The position numbers and the translations under genes were made by a program. From positions 3,554 through 67,553 of the forward strand of contig NZ_PNJW01000006.1 in assembly GCF_013822155.1 (NCBI RefSeq): DNA of 64,000 nt, in the 5' to 3' direction. Below, piece after piece: positions 46,018 through 55,400 of this stretch. Under the pieces are notes generated by a model. The model ran no database searches. It was not told the DNA's origin and saw nothing but the letters and a program-made list of their open reading frames with translations. This stretch comes from Flavobacterium sp. GTDB lineage: Bacteria > Bacteroidota > Bacteroidia > Flavobacteriales > Flavobacteriaceae. The first letter of the stretch is position 1. Each line of letters begins with the position of its first letter.

Positions 46018-47910
46018 ATGCAAAAAGCAGAAAGTATTTTAAAAAAATATTGGGGTCACGATGAATTTCGTTCCCCCCAAAAAGAAATCATAGCTTCCAT
46101 ATTATCCTCTAAAGACACCTTAGGCTTAATGCCTACCGGTGGAGGAAAATCAATCTGTTTTCAAATTCCGGCTTTAATGACAGATGGCATTTGTTTGGTT
46201 ATTTCTCCGCTTATTGCTTTAATGAAAGACCAGGTAGACAATTTGATGAAACGCGACATCAAAGCATTGGCATTAACCGGCGGAATTTCATCAGATGAAG
46301 TCATAACCCTGTTAGACAATTGCTTATATGGAAATTATAAGTTTTTATATCTCTCTCCCGAACGCTTACAACAGGATTGGGTTTTAGAAAAAATCAAAAA
46401 CCTTCCACTAAATTTAATAGCCATTGACGAAGCTCATTGTGTTTCGCAATGGGGTCACGATTTTCGCCCCTCCTATTTAAAAATCAGTGTTTTAAAAACT
46501 TTTTTTCCGGATGTTCCTTTTTTGGCTTTAACTGCTTCTGCAACAGAAAGAGTTAAAATAGATATTATTGAACAGTTAAAATTTGAAAATCCTGCCATTT
46601 TTCAAAAATCTTTTGCTCGGGAAAATATTGCCTATTTAGTGGTTGAAACGGAAGATAAACTATTTAAAATAGAACAAATCCTAAAAAAAAATCCGGAACC
46701 TTCCATTATCTATGTACGCAATCGAAAATCATGTTATGAAATTTCGAATCAATTACAACAACTGGGAATCAAAGCTGCTTTTTATCACGGGGGCTTGGCC
46801 AGGAGAGATAAAACGAAAAATATGGATTGGTGGATGCAGGAAAAAGTGCAGGTAATGGTGGCCACTAATGCATTTGGAATGGGAATTGATAAATCCAATG
46901 TTAAAAGCGTTATTCATTATCAACTTCCTGAAAATATTGAAAATTATTATCAGGAAGCCGGAAGAGCCGGACGTAATGGAGAGAAATCTTTTGCGGTTTT
47001 ACTTGTTGCCCCCTCTGATTTGGCTATTGCTCAAGCTCAATTTATTGCTAATTTACCGGACAATGATTTTTTGAAACTTTCCTTTATCAAATTATGCAAT
47101 TATTTTCAAATTGCCTACGGCGAAGGTATTGATGAACAATTTGCCTTCAATTTAAATCACTTTTGTTCAGTTTATCAATTTCCCGTGCTCAAAACATTCG
47201 CCGCTTTACAATTTTTAGACCGTCAGGGAATTATAACCTTCACCCAAGAATTTTCAGAAAAAATTACTTTACTATTCATTATTGAAAGCAAAGAAGTGAT
47301 TCGTTACATAAGTTTAAATCCACAGGAGGAAGAAATTATTCTCGTGTTTTTACGAACATATCCGGGCATCTATGAAATCCCGACTGCCGTAAACCTTTCT
47401 TTAGTGGCAAGAAAAAGTAATACGGAAGAAAGTAAAATTGAAGAAATTTTAGAAAAACTAAAAGAAAAAGGAATTGTAGACTTTATTGCCAAAAATAACG
47501 ATGCCACAATTACTTTTAATGAAGTCAGAGAAGACGAAAGAACCATCAATAGAGTAGTAAAATACTTGGAGGCTCAAAATAACTTGAAGAAAGAACAACT
47601 CAAACAGGTAGTTAATTATGTCACCAATACAGAAACCTGCAAGAGTCGTTTGATTTTAGCGTATTTTGGAGAAAAAAACACGACTGAGTGTGGAATTTGT
47701 TCCTATTGTATTGCTAAAAAAACCAAATCTTCAGACACGAAACCACTTGTAATTTCAATAATTGAATTACTTTCTGAAAAAGCACAAACATCAAGAGAAC
47801 TTTTAAAAACATTACATTGTAATGAAGAGCTGCTTATCTTTGCCTTAAAAGAACTTTTAGACGATAAAAAAATAAAAATAGCAGCCAATAATAAATATAC
47901 TATAGTATAA
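46018..47910 (+). CDS. RecQ-family ATP-dependent DNA helicase
   Basis: 'W.G...FR..Q.E.I', 'MPTGGGKS', 'DEAHC.SQWGHDFRP', 'ATNAFGMGIDK..V..V.H', 'QE.GRAGR'. C-terminal Cys cluster 'CKSRLILAYFGE....CGICSYC'. Confidence 0.85.
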   Translation: MQKAESILKKYWGHDEFRSPQKEIIASILSSKDTLGLMPTGGGKSICFQIPALMTDGICLVISPLIALMKDQVDNLMKRDIKALALTGGISSDEVITLLDNCLYGNYKFLYLSPERLQQDWVLEKIKNLPLNLIAIDEAHCVSQWGHDFRPSYLKISVLKTFFPDVPFLALTASATERVKIDIIEQLKFENPAIFQKSFARENIAYLVVETEDKLFKIEQILKKNPEPSIIYVRNRKSCYEISNQLQQLGIKAAFYHGGLARRDKTKNMDWWMQEKVQVMVATNAFGMGIDKSNVKSVIHYQLPENIENYYQEAGRAGRNGEKSFAVLLVAPSDLAIAQAQFIANLPDNDFLKLSFIKLCNYFQIAYGEGIDEQFAFNLNHFCSVYQFPVLKTFAALQFLDRQGIITFTQEFSEKITLLFIIESKEVIRYISLNPQEEEIILVFLRTYPGIYEIPTAVNLSLVARKSNTEESKIEEILEKLKEKGIVDFIAKNNDATITFNEVREDERTINRVVKYLEAQNNLKKEQLKQVVNYVTNTETCKSRLILAYFGEKNTTECGICSYCIAKKTKSSDTKPLVISIIELLSEKAQTSRELLKTLHCNEELLIFALKELLDDKKIKIAANNKYTIV

Positions 47911-47911
47911 A

Positions 47912-48859
47912 ATGGAAAAATTACGCATTGTTTTCATGGGAACACCCGATTTTGCTGTCGGCATTTTGGATACCATTTTAAAGAATAATTATAATGTAGT
48001 CGGTGTAATTACTGCGGCCGATAAACCGGCAGGAAGAGGTCAGAAGATGAATTATTCCGCGGTTAAAGAATATGCCATGGAAAAAGGCTTAAACCTATTA
48101 CAGCCCACCAACCTTAAAGACGAAACTTTTTTAGTGGAATTAAAGAGTCTCAAAGCCAATTGCCAAGTTGTGGTTGCTTTTAGAATGCTACCGGAAGTGG
48201 TTTGGCGAATGCCTGAATTTGGTACTTTTAATTTACACGCTTCTTTATTACCAAACTATCGAGGTGCAGCACCTATAAATTGGGCTATTATTAATGGCGA
48301 AACAAAAACCGGAGTGACTACTTTTTTTATTGATGATAAAATTGATACCGGGGCAATTATATTGGCCAAAGAAACACCTATTAATGAAAATGAAAATGCC
48401 GGTCAACTTCATGACCGATTAATGATATTAGGCAGTTCAATTGTAATTGAAACATTAGCTCTTATAGAAAAAGGAGCCGTTTCAACAACTATTCAAAAAG
48501 ATAATCCGAATATCAAAACAGCGTATAAACTTAATCGGGAAAATTGTAAAATTGATTGGACTAAACCGGGGAAGGAAATTTACAACCTAATTAGAGGGCT
48601 AAGCCCATACCCTTCCGCTTGGTGCATCATAAAACAAGATAATCAGGAATGGAATGTCAAAATTCACGAAACAAAACTACACATTGAAACTCACCACTTC
48701 CCTATCGGCTCTATACATACAACCAAAAAAGAAATGAAAATAGCAGTGAAAGATGGATTTATTGAAATTTGTAGCATTCAATTTCCGGGAAAGAAAAAAA
48801 TGACTGCCTCAGAATTACGCAATGGTATGCAATTTTCAGCTACTTGCATCGCCCTGTAA
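47912..48859 (+). CDS. fmt: Methionyl-tRNA formyltransferase
   Basis: 'RIVFMGTPDFAV', 'NLHASLLPNYRGAAPINWAIINGE..TGVT' motifs. 315 aa. Confidence 0.9.
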   Translation: MEKLRIVFMGTPDFAVGILDTILKNNYNVVGVITAADKPAGRGQKMNYSAVKEYAMEKGLNLLQPTNLKDETFLVELKSLKANCQVVVAFRMLPEVVWRMPEFGTFNLHASLLPNYRGAAPINWAIINGETKTGVTTFFIDDKIDTGAIILAKETPINENENAGQLHDRLMILGSSIVIETLALIEKGAVSTTIQKDNPNIKTAYKLNRENCKIDWTKPGKEIYNLIRGLSPYPSAWCIIKQDNQEWNVKIHETKLHIETHHFPIGSIHTTKKEMKIAVKDGFIEICSIQFPGKKKMTASELRNGMQFSATCIAL

Positions 48860-48985
48860 GGGTTGAAAACACTCAAAATAAGTAAATATCCGATGAACTG
48901 CTCGTCGTTATCAACAAAAATACCTAAGTTATTAACAAATGTAACGAAAACTCACGAAAACACTTGTGCAGTAAGGAAATCCTAT

Positions 48986-48993
48986 TAAATTTG
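48986..48993 (+). promoter_or_regulatory. Candidate -7 box (TAAATTTG) for hup
   Basis: Exact TAnnTTTG, 45 nt upstream of the trimmed HU start. Confidence 0.4.
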
Positions 48994-49037
48994 TTACAAT
49001 TAACTTTATGTTTAACCAACAATTAATAACTATTATT

Positions 49038-49310
49038 ATGAACAAATCAGAATTAATCGATGCTATCGCTGCAGATGCAGGAATTACTAAAGCAGCTGCT
49101 AAATTAGCTTTAGAATCATTTTTAGGAAACGTAGGTAAAACTTTGAAAAAAGGTGGAAGAGTTTCTTTAGTAGGTTTCGGATCTTGGTCAGTTTCTAAAA
49201 GAGCTGCTAGAGATGGAAGAAATCCTCAAACTGGAAAAACAATTAAAATTGCTGCTAAGAATGTAGTTAAATTCAAAGCAGGTGCTGAATTAGAAGGTAC
49301 TGTAAACTAG
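49038..49310 (+). CDS. hup: DNA-binding protein HU
   Basis: 'MNKSELIDAIA......K..A..AL..F', 'GFGSW.V..RAAR.GRNPQTGK.I.I' arm. Start trimmed to the conserved MNKSEL (90 aa). Confidence 0.9.
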   Translation: MNKSELIDAIAADAGITKAAAKLALESFLGNVGKTLKKGGRVSLVGFGSWSVSKRAARDGRNPQTGKTIKIAAKNVVKFKAGAELEGTVN

Positions 49311-49332
49311 TCTAATTAAGTCGATATAAAGA

Positions 49333-49363
49333 AAAGTCTTCCACTTCGGAAGACTTTTTTTTT
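49333..49363 (+). terminator. Rho-independent terminator after hup
   Basis: aagtcttcc pairs with ggaagactt, followed by T10. Confidence 0.7.
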
Positions 49364-49431
49364 ATATTTTTAATAAAATAATTGGATTATTGAAAATAAT
49401 TTTACTAAATTTAACTAAAAATTGTAGGTAA

Positions 49432-49992
49432 ATGATATCAGAAATAATCAAAAAAGGTCATTTGCTCATTGCAGAGCCTTCCATATTAGGCGATTTATCT
49501 TTTAATCGCTCTGTTATTTTATTAGCCGATCACAACGCTGAAGGTTCTGTAGGCTTCATTCTTAATAAACCCCTTGATTACTCCGTAAATGATTTGGTTC
49601 CGGAGGTAGATGCTACTTTTACCATCTATAATGGTGGTCCGGTAGAACAGGATAATCTTTATTTTATCCATAACATCCCCGAATTGATTCCGAATAGTGT
49701 GGAGATTTCCAATGGTATTTTTTGGGGCGGAGATTTCGAAAAAACACGCGACTTAATTAATAATGGCAGTATCAACAAAGACAACATCCGTTTCTTTTTA
49801 GGCTACACAGGTTGGGATGCCAATCAATTAGAAACAGAGATGAGTGCTAATTCTTGGATTGTAATTGAAAATAGTTACAAAAATAATATACTGAAAAAAT
49901 CTTCGTCTGATTTTTGGAAAGAACAAATCATGGAATTAGGTGGCGAATACCTTATTTGGTCAAATGCTCCTGAAAATCCAATGCTGAATTAA
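49432..49992 (+). CDS. YqgE/AlgH-family protein
   Basis: 'G.LLIAEP.......F.RSVILL..H...GS.GFILNKP', 'GGPV', 'F.GY.GW...QLE.E' family pattern. Confidence 0.8.
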   Translation: MISEIIKKGHLLIAEPSILGDLSFNRSVILLADHNAEGSVGFILNKPLDYSVNDLVPEVDATFTIYNGGPVEQDNLYFIHNIPELIPNSVEISNGIFWGGDFEKTRDLINNGSINKDNIRFFLGYTGWDANQLETEMSANSWIVIENSYKNNILKKSSSDFWKEQIMELGGEYLIWSNAPENPMLN

Positions 49993-50825
49993 AGTAAATT
50001 CACTGCTTCATTAAGTTTTTCAAGCAATACTTTGGCTAGGACCGACTCAAATTCCTTTTTACGATATTGGGTGATTGGTTGAATTCCGGAAATCACATTC
50101 GTTATAAATAATTCATCCGCTTTTTGAAGATCAAAAGGAGAAATAGGCTCTTCAATCACTTCGATTTCTGCTATTTTTTTGGCAATAGTAAGGATTTGTT
50201 TACGCATCACGCCATTTAAACATCCTTCTGATAGTGGAGGAGTGGTTAATCGATTCCCGATAAGCATAAATAAATTTCCATTTAAAGCTTCCACTACATT
50301 TTTTTCTTCATTAAGTAAAAGGCAGTTTTGATAGCCATTTTCTTCGGCAAAAATACTGCCTACTGTATTGATTAGTCGATTTGTAGATTTGATGGTAGAA
50401 AGCAATTGCTTGGTTACATAAAAATCTTTGAATAAATCGACTTCATAGGGCTCACTTGCAAAAGCATAAACTTGGTTACCCAAGGGTTTAACCGAAATTA
50501 AAAACGAAACACTTCGGGTTAAAGGCAAATAATAGCCCCCATCATTTCGGTAAACCGTAAGTCGAACCCGACAAGAAGCTGAGCAGGAATTAAGTTCTGC
50601 CAACTGTATTATTTGCTCTTCCAAATATTCTAAGGTAAAATTCATTGGAATTTGCATCCGAATGATTCGCATGGAAGCCATCAATCGAAAATAATGGTCT
50701 TCCATAAAAAGAACCTTACCGTTAACAAGTTTGAGGGTTTCAAAAACAGCATCGCCATATAAAAATGCCCGATTATGTGTCAAAACCGAATCCGCTTCGA
50801 CTAAATTTCCATTTAGATTAATCAT
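49989..50825 (-). CDS. Class IV (fold-type IV PLP) aminotransferase / aminodeoxychorismate-lyase-like
   Basis: 'FLYGDAVFETL', 'K.TN.L......A.....G......LN......E....N.F', 'GVMR' pattern. 278 aa. Confidence 0.7.
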   Translation of the reverse strand: MINLNGNLVEADSVLTHNRAFLYGDAVFETLKLVNGKVLFMEDHYFRLMASMRIIRMQIPMNFTLEYLEEQIIQLAELNSCSASCRVRLTVYRNDGGYYLPLTRSVSFLISVKPLGNQVYAFASEPYEVDLFKDFYVTKQLLSTIKSTNRLINTVGSIFAEENGYQNCLLLNEEKNVVEALNGNLFMLIGNRLTTPPLSEGCLNGVMRKQILTIAKKIAEIEVIEEPISPFDLQKADELFITNVISGIQPITQYRKKEFESVLAKVLLEKLNEAVNLL

Positions 50826-50872
50826 AAAAAAAGCCCTAAATTAAAGGGCAAATATACTGTTTATTATAGAAA

Positions 50873-51265
50873 TTAAACGGATCCGATTACGTGTTTTAAA
50901 TCAGAAATTTGATTTTCCCAAAGCTGTTTAGATTCTATTAACTCATCCTCAAAAGCAAAATCTACTACAACTAAAGAAACATCTTTCGTGATTTCATCTT
51001 CGGAAATTCTCAACTCAAAAAAATAGTCGGTGTCTTTATCTTGATCATCAATCCACCTGAATTTTACTCTTTCGTTTGATTTTTTGGAAGCTAATCTAGC
51101 TCGTTCTTTAGAATCATCCCAAATAAAAGTAAATAATTCACCTCTGGAATTCACATTGTCAGCAAACCATTCAGACAAACCGGAAGGAGTAGAAATATAT
51201 TGATATAGCAATTGCGGAGAAGAATTTACCGCAAACTCTATTTCATATCGTATTTTTGTATCCAT
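50873..51265 (-). CDS. START-like/SRPBCC-fold small protein
   Basis: 130 aa. 'SP..LY.YISTPSGLSEWFAD.V' resembles the Bacteroidota START-like domain family. Confidence 0.45.
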   Translation of the reverse strand: MDTKIRYEIEFAVNSSPQLLYQYISTPSGLSEWFADNVNSRGELFTFIWDDSKERARLASKKSNERVKFRWIDDQDKDTDYFFELRISEDEITKDVSLVVVDFAFEDELIESKQLWENQISDLKHVIGSV

Positions 51266-51370
51266 AAACTTAATTTTTGAGCAATATATTGAATATTAAT
51301 TCAAAAAAAAAGGGAAATTATAAATAAAAATAATTTCTTATTTTATGTTTGTAAGGTTTGTGATTATTTC

Positions 51371-51378
51371 TATATTTG
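51371..51378 (+). promoter_or_regulatory. Candidate -7 box (TATATTTG) for the tRNA gene
   Basis: Exact TAnnTTTG, 35 nt upstream of tRNA position 1. Confidence 0.45.
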
Positions 51379-51412
51379 CACCCGCGTTACAGTACATGTA
51401 CCAAATGATTTT

Positions 51413-51486
51413 GGCGAGGTAGCTCAGTCGGTTAGAGCGTTGGATTCATAACCCAAAGGTCGGGAGTTCAAATCTCCCTCTCGCTA
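51413..51486 (+). tRNA. tRNA with CAT anticodon (elongator Met or lysidine-modified Ile2. Not initiator-like)
   Basis: Hand-folded cloverleaf. Acceptor GGCGAGG/TCTCGCT, D arm GCTC...GAGC, anticodon loop TTCATAA, T arm GGGAG-TTCAAAT-CTCCC, discriminator A. CCA is not encoded. The G1-U72 pair and the anticodon stem lack initiator hallmarks. Confidence 0.9.
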
Positions 51487-51507
51487 CAAGGTTACAACTT
51501 TGAAAGT

Positions 51508-51539
51508 AAACGGATTAAGGCTCTTAATCCGTTTTTTTT
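51508..51539 (+). terminator. Rho-independent terminator after the tRNA
   Basis: 12-bp stem: aaacggattaag pairs with cttaatccgttt, followed by a T run. Confidence 0.7.
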
Positions 51540-51562
51540 ATGCTTTTACAAACAGTTCATTT

Positions 51563-51883
51563 TTATAAAAGTAATATCAGTAATAAAACAATGATAATAA
51601 TGGCACCAACCGAAAGATATACGCCATTATTTGTTGAACGCAAATTGGCATTGATTGACTTTACTTCTTTGCGGAGTTCTTTCTTTTCAACTCTAGTCAT
51701 ATCGGATTTATCCATGTTTTTTATTTCCTCTAATCGATTAATCATGGTATTGACTGCTATTTTTTCGGTTTCCGCTTTATTGCTAGTAAGACTATCTGAA
51801 ACTATTGCATTAGACTGAAAAGGAAGCAAAAGCGTGATAACAATCAGAATTGCTGTTTTGTGAAATGGAGTAACTGTTTTCAT
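51563..51883 (-). CDS. Hypothetical secreted/C-tail-anchored coiled-coil protein
   Basis: Signal peptide '...LLLPFQSNA', charged helical middle and C-terminal TM 'VGAIIIIVLLLILLL'. Preferred over the overlapping + strand ORF 51540-51818. Confidence 0.5.
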   Translation of the reverse strand: MKTVTPFHKTAILIVITLLLPFQSNAIVSDSLTSNKAETEKIAVNTMINRLEEIKNMDKSDMTRVEKKELRKEVKSINANLRSTNNGVYLSVGAIIIIVLLLILLL

Positions 51884-52421
51884 AATTGATTATTTTTTTC
51901 TAAAAACGTTATTATTTTTATTTGATAAATTTCGTGTTTTAGTTCTGAAAATCAATTATATAAAACTTTTCAAAATTTACAATATTCACATGTTTTGGTT
52001 AAAATAAAATTATTCAGTAGAAGTTTATCAACTCTACATTTTTTGCACGAACTGAAGTTGTCTTATATACAAGTAAATACAAGATTGGAAATAGTTAATT
52101 AAAATTACCACCACTGCTTAGATATGTTCCTTTTCTGTGAATTACACGACGCTAATACATTAGATGATTAGACTATAACAAAATGTTAATCCCTATTTCT
52201 AATGATTTATAATAAAAAAATTCTATCTATCTTTATTATAAATAATTACAAGAAAAAAAGGCCAATTGGCTGTATTCCGCTGAAATTTCCAAGTTAACCT
52301 ATTTATCACCACTTCATTTTATTTTAAATTTACAAATATCAATATTTTTGTAAGTATTTTATTTATGTTATGTATATTTATGTGCATTTCATCGATTTTT
52401 TTAGTCACTTTATCGATTATT

Positions 52422-52442
52422 TAAATTTGATTCCTACTTTTG
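52422..52442 (+). promoter_or_regulatory. Two tandem candidate -7 boxes (TAAATTTG, TACTTTTG) upstream of the giant surface-protein gene
   Basis: TAnnTTTG at 52422-52429 and at 52435-52442, which are 66 and 53 nt upstream of the ATG at 52495. Confidence 0.4.
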
Positions 52443-52494
52443 GAGTGTCAAAAATTAATTACATAAAAAATTCATTATCTAATCCCTAGAAGAT

Positions 52495-55400
52495 ATGAAA
52501 ACAAAATTAGCATATAAGAAAATTCATTTACAGGTAACTGTGATGATTCTACTATTTATCCAATCGGGTAATGCTCAAACTGTTACTCAAACCTTTAATT
52601 CTTCATCAACATTTACGGTACCAACTGGTGTGACACAAATTAATGTGGAAGCATGGGGTGGCGGTGGAAAAGGCGGTAGTCGAGTTTCTAGTAATGGAAG
52701 TGCCGGCGGTGCTGGTGGTGGAGCTTATGCTAGCAGCACTTTTACTGTTATTCCTGGTGCAACTTATACTGTTACAGTAGGAACCGGAAGTACCTCAAAC
52801 GTAATGCCGGGTGGTGACACTTGGTTCAACAACAATACAACCATACTAGCCAAAGGTGGAAATAGTGTTCCTTCTAATTCTGTAACCGGTGCAACTGGTG
52901 GTGATTTGAATGATTGCATTGGTACGATCAGAAGATCGGGTGGTAATGGGGCTAATGGTGGTTTAACATTTGGCGGCGGCGGCGGTTCATCCGCAGTAAA
53001 TAGCTCTAACGGTAATACCGCAACAACAAGACTGGGTGCTACAATCACCGGTGGTGGTGGTGGTGGAAATGGAAGAAATACTTCAAGCGGAAATGGAAGC
53101 CCGGCCGGAATACCCGGTGGTGGTGGTGGTGGTTGTTTAAGATTAACTTCCGGTAGCTCTACTGGCGGAAATGGTGGAAATGGCCGAATTGTAATTACAT
53201 ATGCATCACCTTCTGAAATAAACGTAAAAGGGAACGGAAATACAATTGTTGACGGTGACACAACACCTGCTTTAACCGATTGGACTGATTTTGGAACAAC
53301 TTCGTTAGGCTTGGGGGTAACTAGAGTTTATACAATTGAAAATACAGGTTTTGCTACACTATACCTTTATAACTTAACCATCACAGGTACAGGAGCATCA
53401 AATTTTTATTTAACCAGTGGCTTTCCAACAAGTATTGCAGCCGGTTCATCAGCCACTTTTTCGATAACTTTTGTACCAACAACAACCGGATTAAAATCGG
53501 CAACATTGACTTTTACGAATAGTGATGCCGATGAAAGCACTTATAATTATAACATTCAAGGAACAGGAGCTGCCTCAGCTTCTCAAATAATAAGTGTAAG
53601 TGGAAATAACTATACTATTCCGCAAGGAAGTACCACTACCCTGACAACCAATAACACAAATTTTGGGGCAACCAATTTAAATACTTCAATTTCAAGAACA
53701 TTTACCATTAAAAATACCGGTGGTAGTAATTTAACGTTAACAGGTGCTCCATTAGTGAGTATTACCGGAGCAAATGCGGCTGATTTTTCATTAACAGCAT
53801 TACCAACAACAACAATAACTCCGAGTAATTCTACCACTTTTCAAATTACTTTTACTCCAACTACAACAGGGGTAAAAAATGCAACCTTAAACATAAGCAG
53901 TAATCACGCCGCTTTGAGTCCATATAACTTTAGAATTAGTGGAACTTCCATTCAGGCATTTTTTGATACGGATGGTGATGGTGTATTCAATAATGCCGAC
54001 GCTGATGATGATAACGATGGAATTCCGGATGTTGTGGAACAATCAAATGCCAGTCTATCATCCTATTCTGCAAATGCTCAAGTGACCTTGTTAAACGAAA
54101 CATTTGGTTCTGGAACTACCCGAGAAAGAATAAATATTAATATTCCAACTGCTACAACAACCTACTGCTATGAAGATGGCTATAATGTCATGAATGAATA
54201 TGAATGTGATACGAGTGGTGATTTAAATGATGGGCAATATACGCTATCAAACACTGCTCAAATTGCATCGTGGGCTTCTGCCTACTGGTACACAGGACCG
54301 GATCATACTTCTGATTCAAATGGAAGAATGGCTTTGTTTAATGCGGAAACTGACATAACTGATGAGTTTTATAGAACTATTATTCATGGCGTAACAGCTA
54401 ATGCACCTTTAACCTATAGCTTTTGGGCTATCAATTTAGATAGAACGGATGCCCCGGGAATAGGTTCAAGAAACAGACCAAATATTACAGTTGAATTCAG
54501 AGATTTAGACAATAATTTATTGACCTCTTTGAACACGGGTGACATTGCTCCAACAAATCATTTAAATTCAACAGGTGATTGGTATAATTTTAATGCTTCG
54601 TTTGTTCCTACTTCAACCAGTATCTCGGTTATTTTTAGAAATAATCAACCGGGTGGTTTAGGTAATGACTTAGGATTAGATGATATTATTATCCGTCAAA
54701 TATTAAAAGATAGAGATAACGATGGAGTCGCTGACGTTTTCGATTTAGATTCAGACAATGACGGAATTGGAGGAATTGTAGAAGATGGGTGGGCTCACCT
54801 AAGTAACGGAACTGACAAAATGAACCTAACCGGAACTTGGATCGATGCAAATGGAAACGGATGGCATGATGAAACTGAAGCAGCATACATTGCTTCTAAT
54901 AATGTAGCCACAGATTTTGATGGGGATGGAATTCCAAACTACATTGATTTAGATGCTGATAATGATGCTCGTTTTGATGTAGAGGAAGCCGGTTTATTTA
55001 ACGGTGATGGAGACATCAATGGCGACGGTGTCGGCGATGGAGCAGATGGAGATGGCGATGGTATTTTAAATGCTTTCGATAATTTCGTTGGATTTGGTAA
55101 TACCGCAAAACCTTTACCACAAAATACCCTTGGCAGTGGCAACCAAGATTATCTAAAGGTGATTTCGTTAACTCCGGGTGTTTTTGATATTTCTTCAACA
55201 TTATACGCCAGCTTAGATGCTAATAATGATGGAATTATTGACGGTGGTGCTGATGTTGACAAAGACGGTATCCGTGATGCGTTTGATACAAATTCAGCAA
55301 AAATAGGTTCTCCTAGAGATTTAAATAGAAAATTATTGTTAGATTTCGACGGACGAAATGATTATGCCGAAGCAACCGCTGTTTTAGGCGGATTAACAAA

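Noticed and set aside
51540-51818. 92-aa plus-strand ORF overlapping the 106-aa minus-strand gene
   Set aside because: It starts immediately at the end of the tRNA terminator with no promoter space. The minus-strand product has a coherent signal peptide, coiled coil and C-terminal TM organisation.
51884-51965. 10-bp inverted repeat (ataattgatt / aatcaattat) as an invertible-promoter (phase-variation) switch
   Set aside because: 10-bp AT-only repeats are expected by chance in this composition. No invertase gene is nearby (XerD is 14 kb away and looks like the housekeeping copy). The candidate -7 boxes lie outside the repeat-bounded segment.
52764-53261. 165-aa proline-rich ORF (PPPPPP runs) on the minus strand
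   Set aside because: It is the antisense shadow of the glycine-run region of the giant gene, because GGN codons read as NCC (Pro) on the opposite strand. It lies wholly inside a much longer, well-supported CDS.
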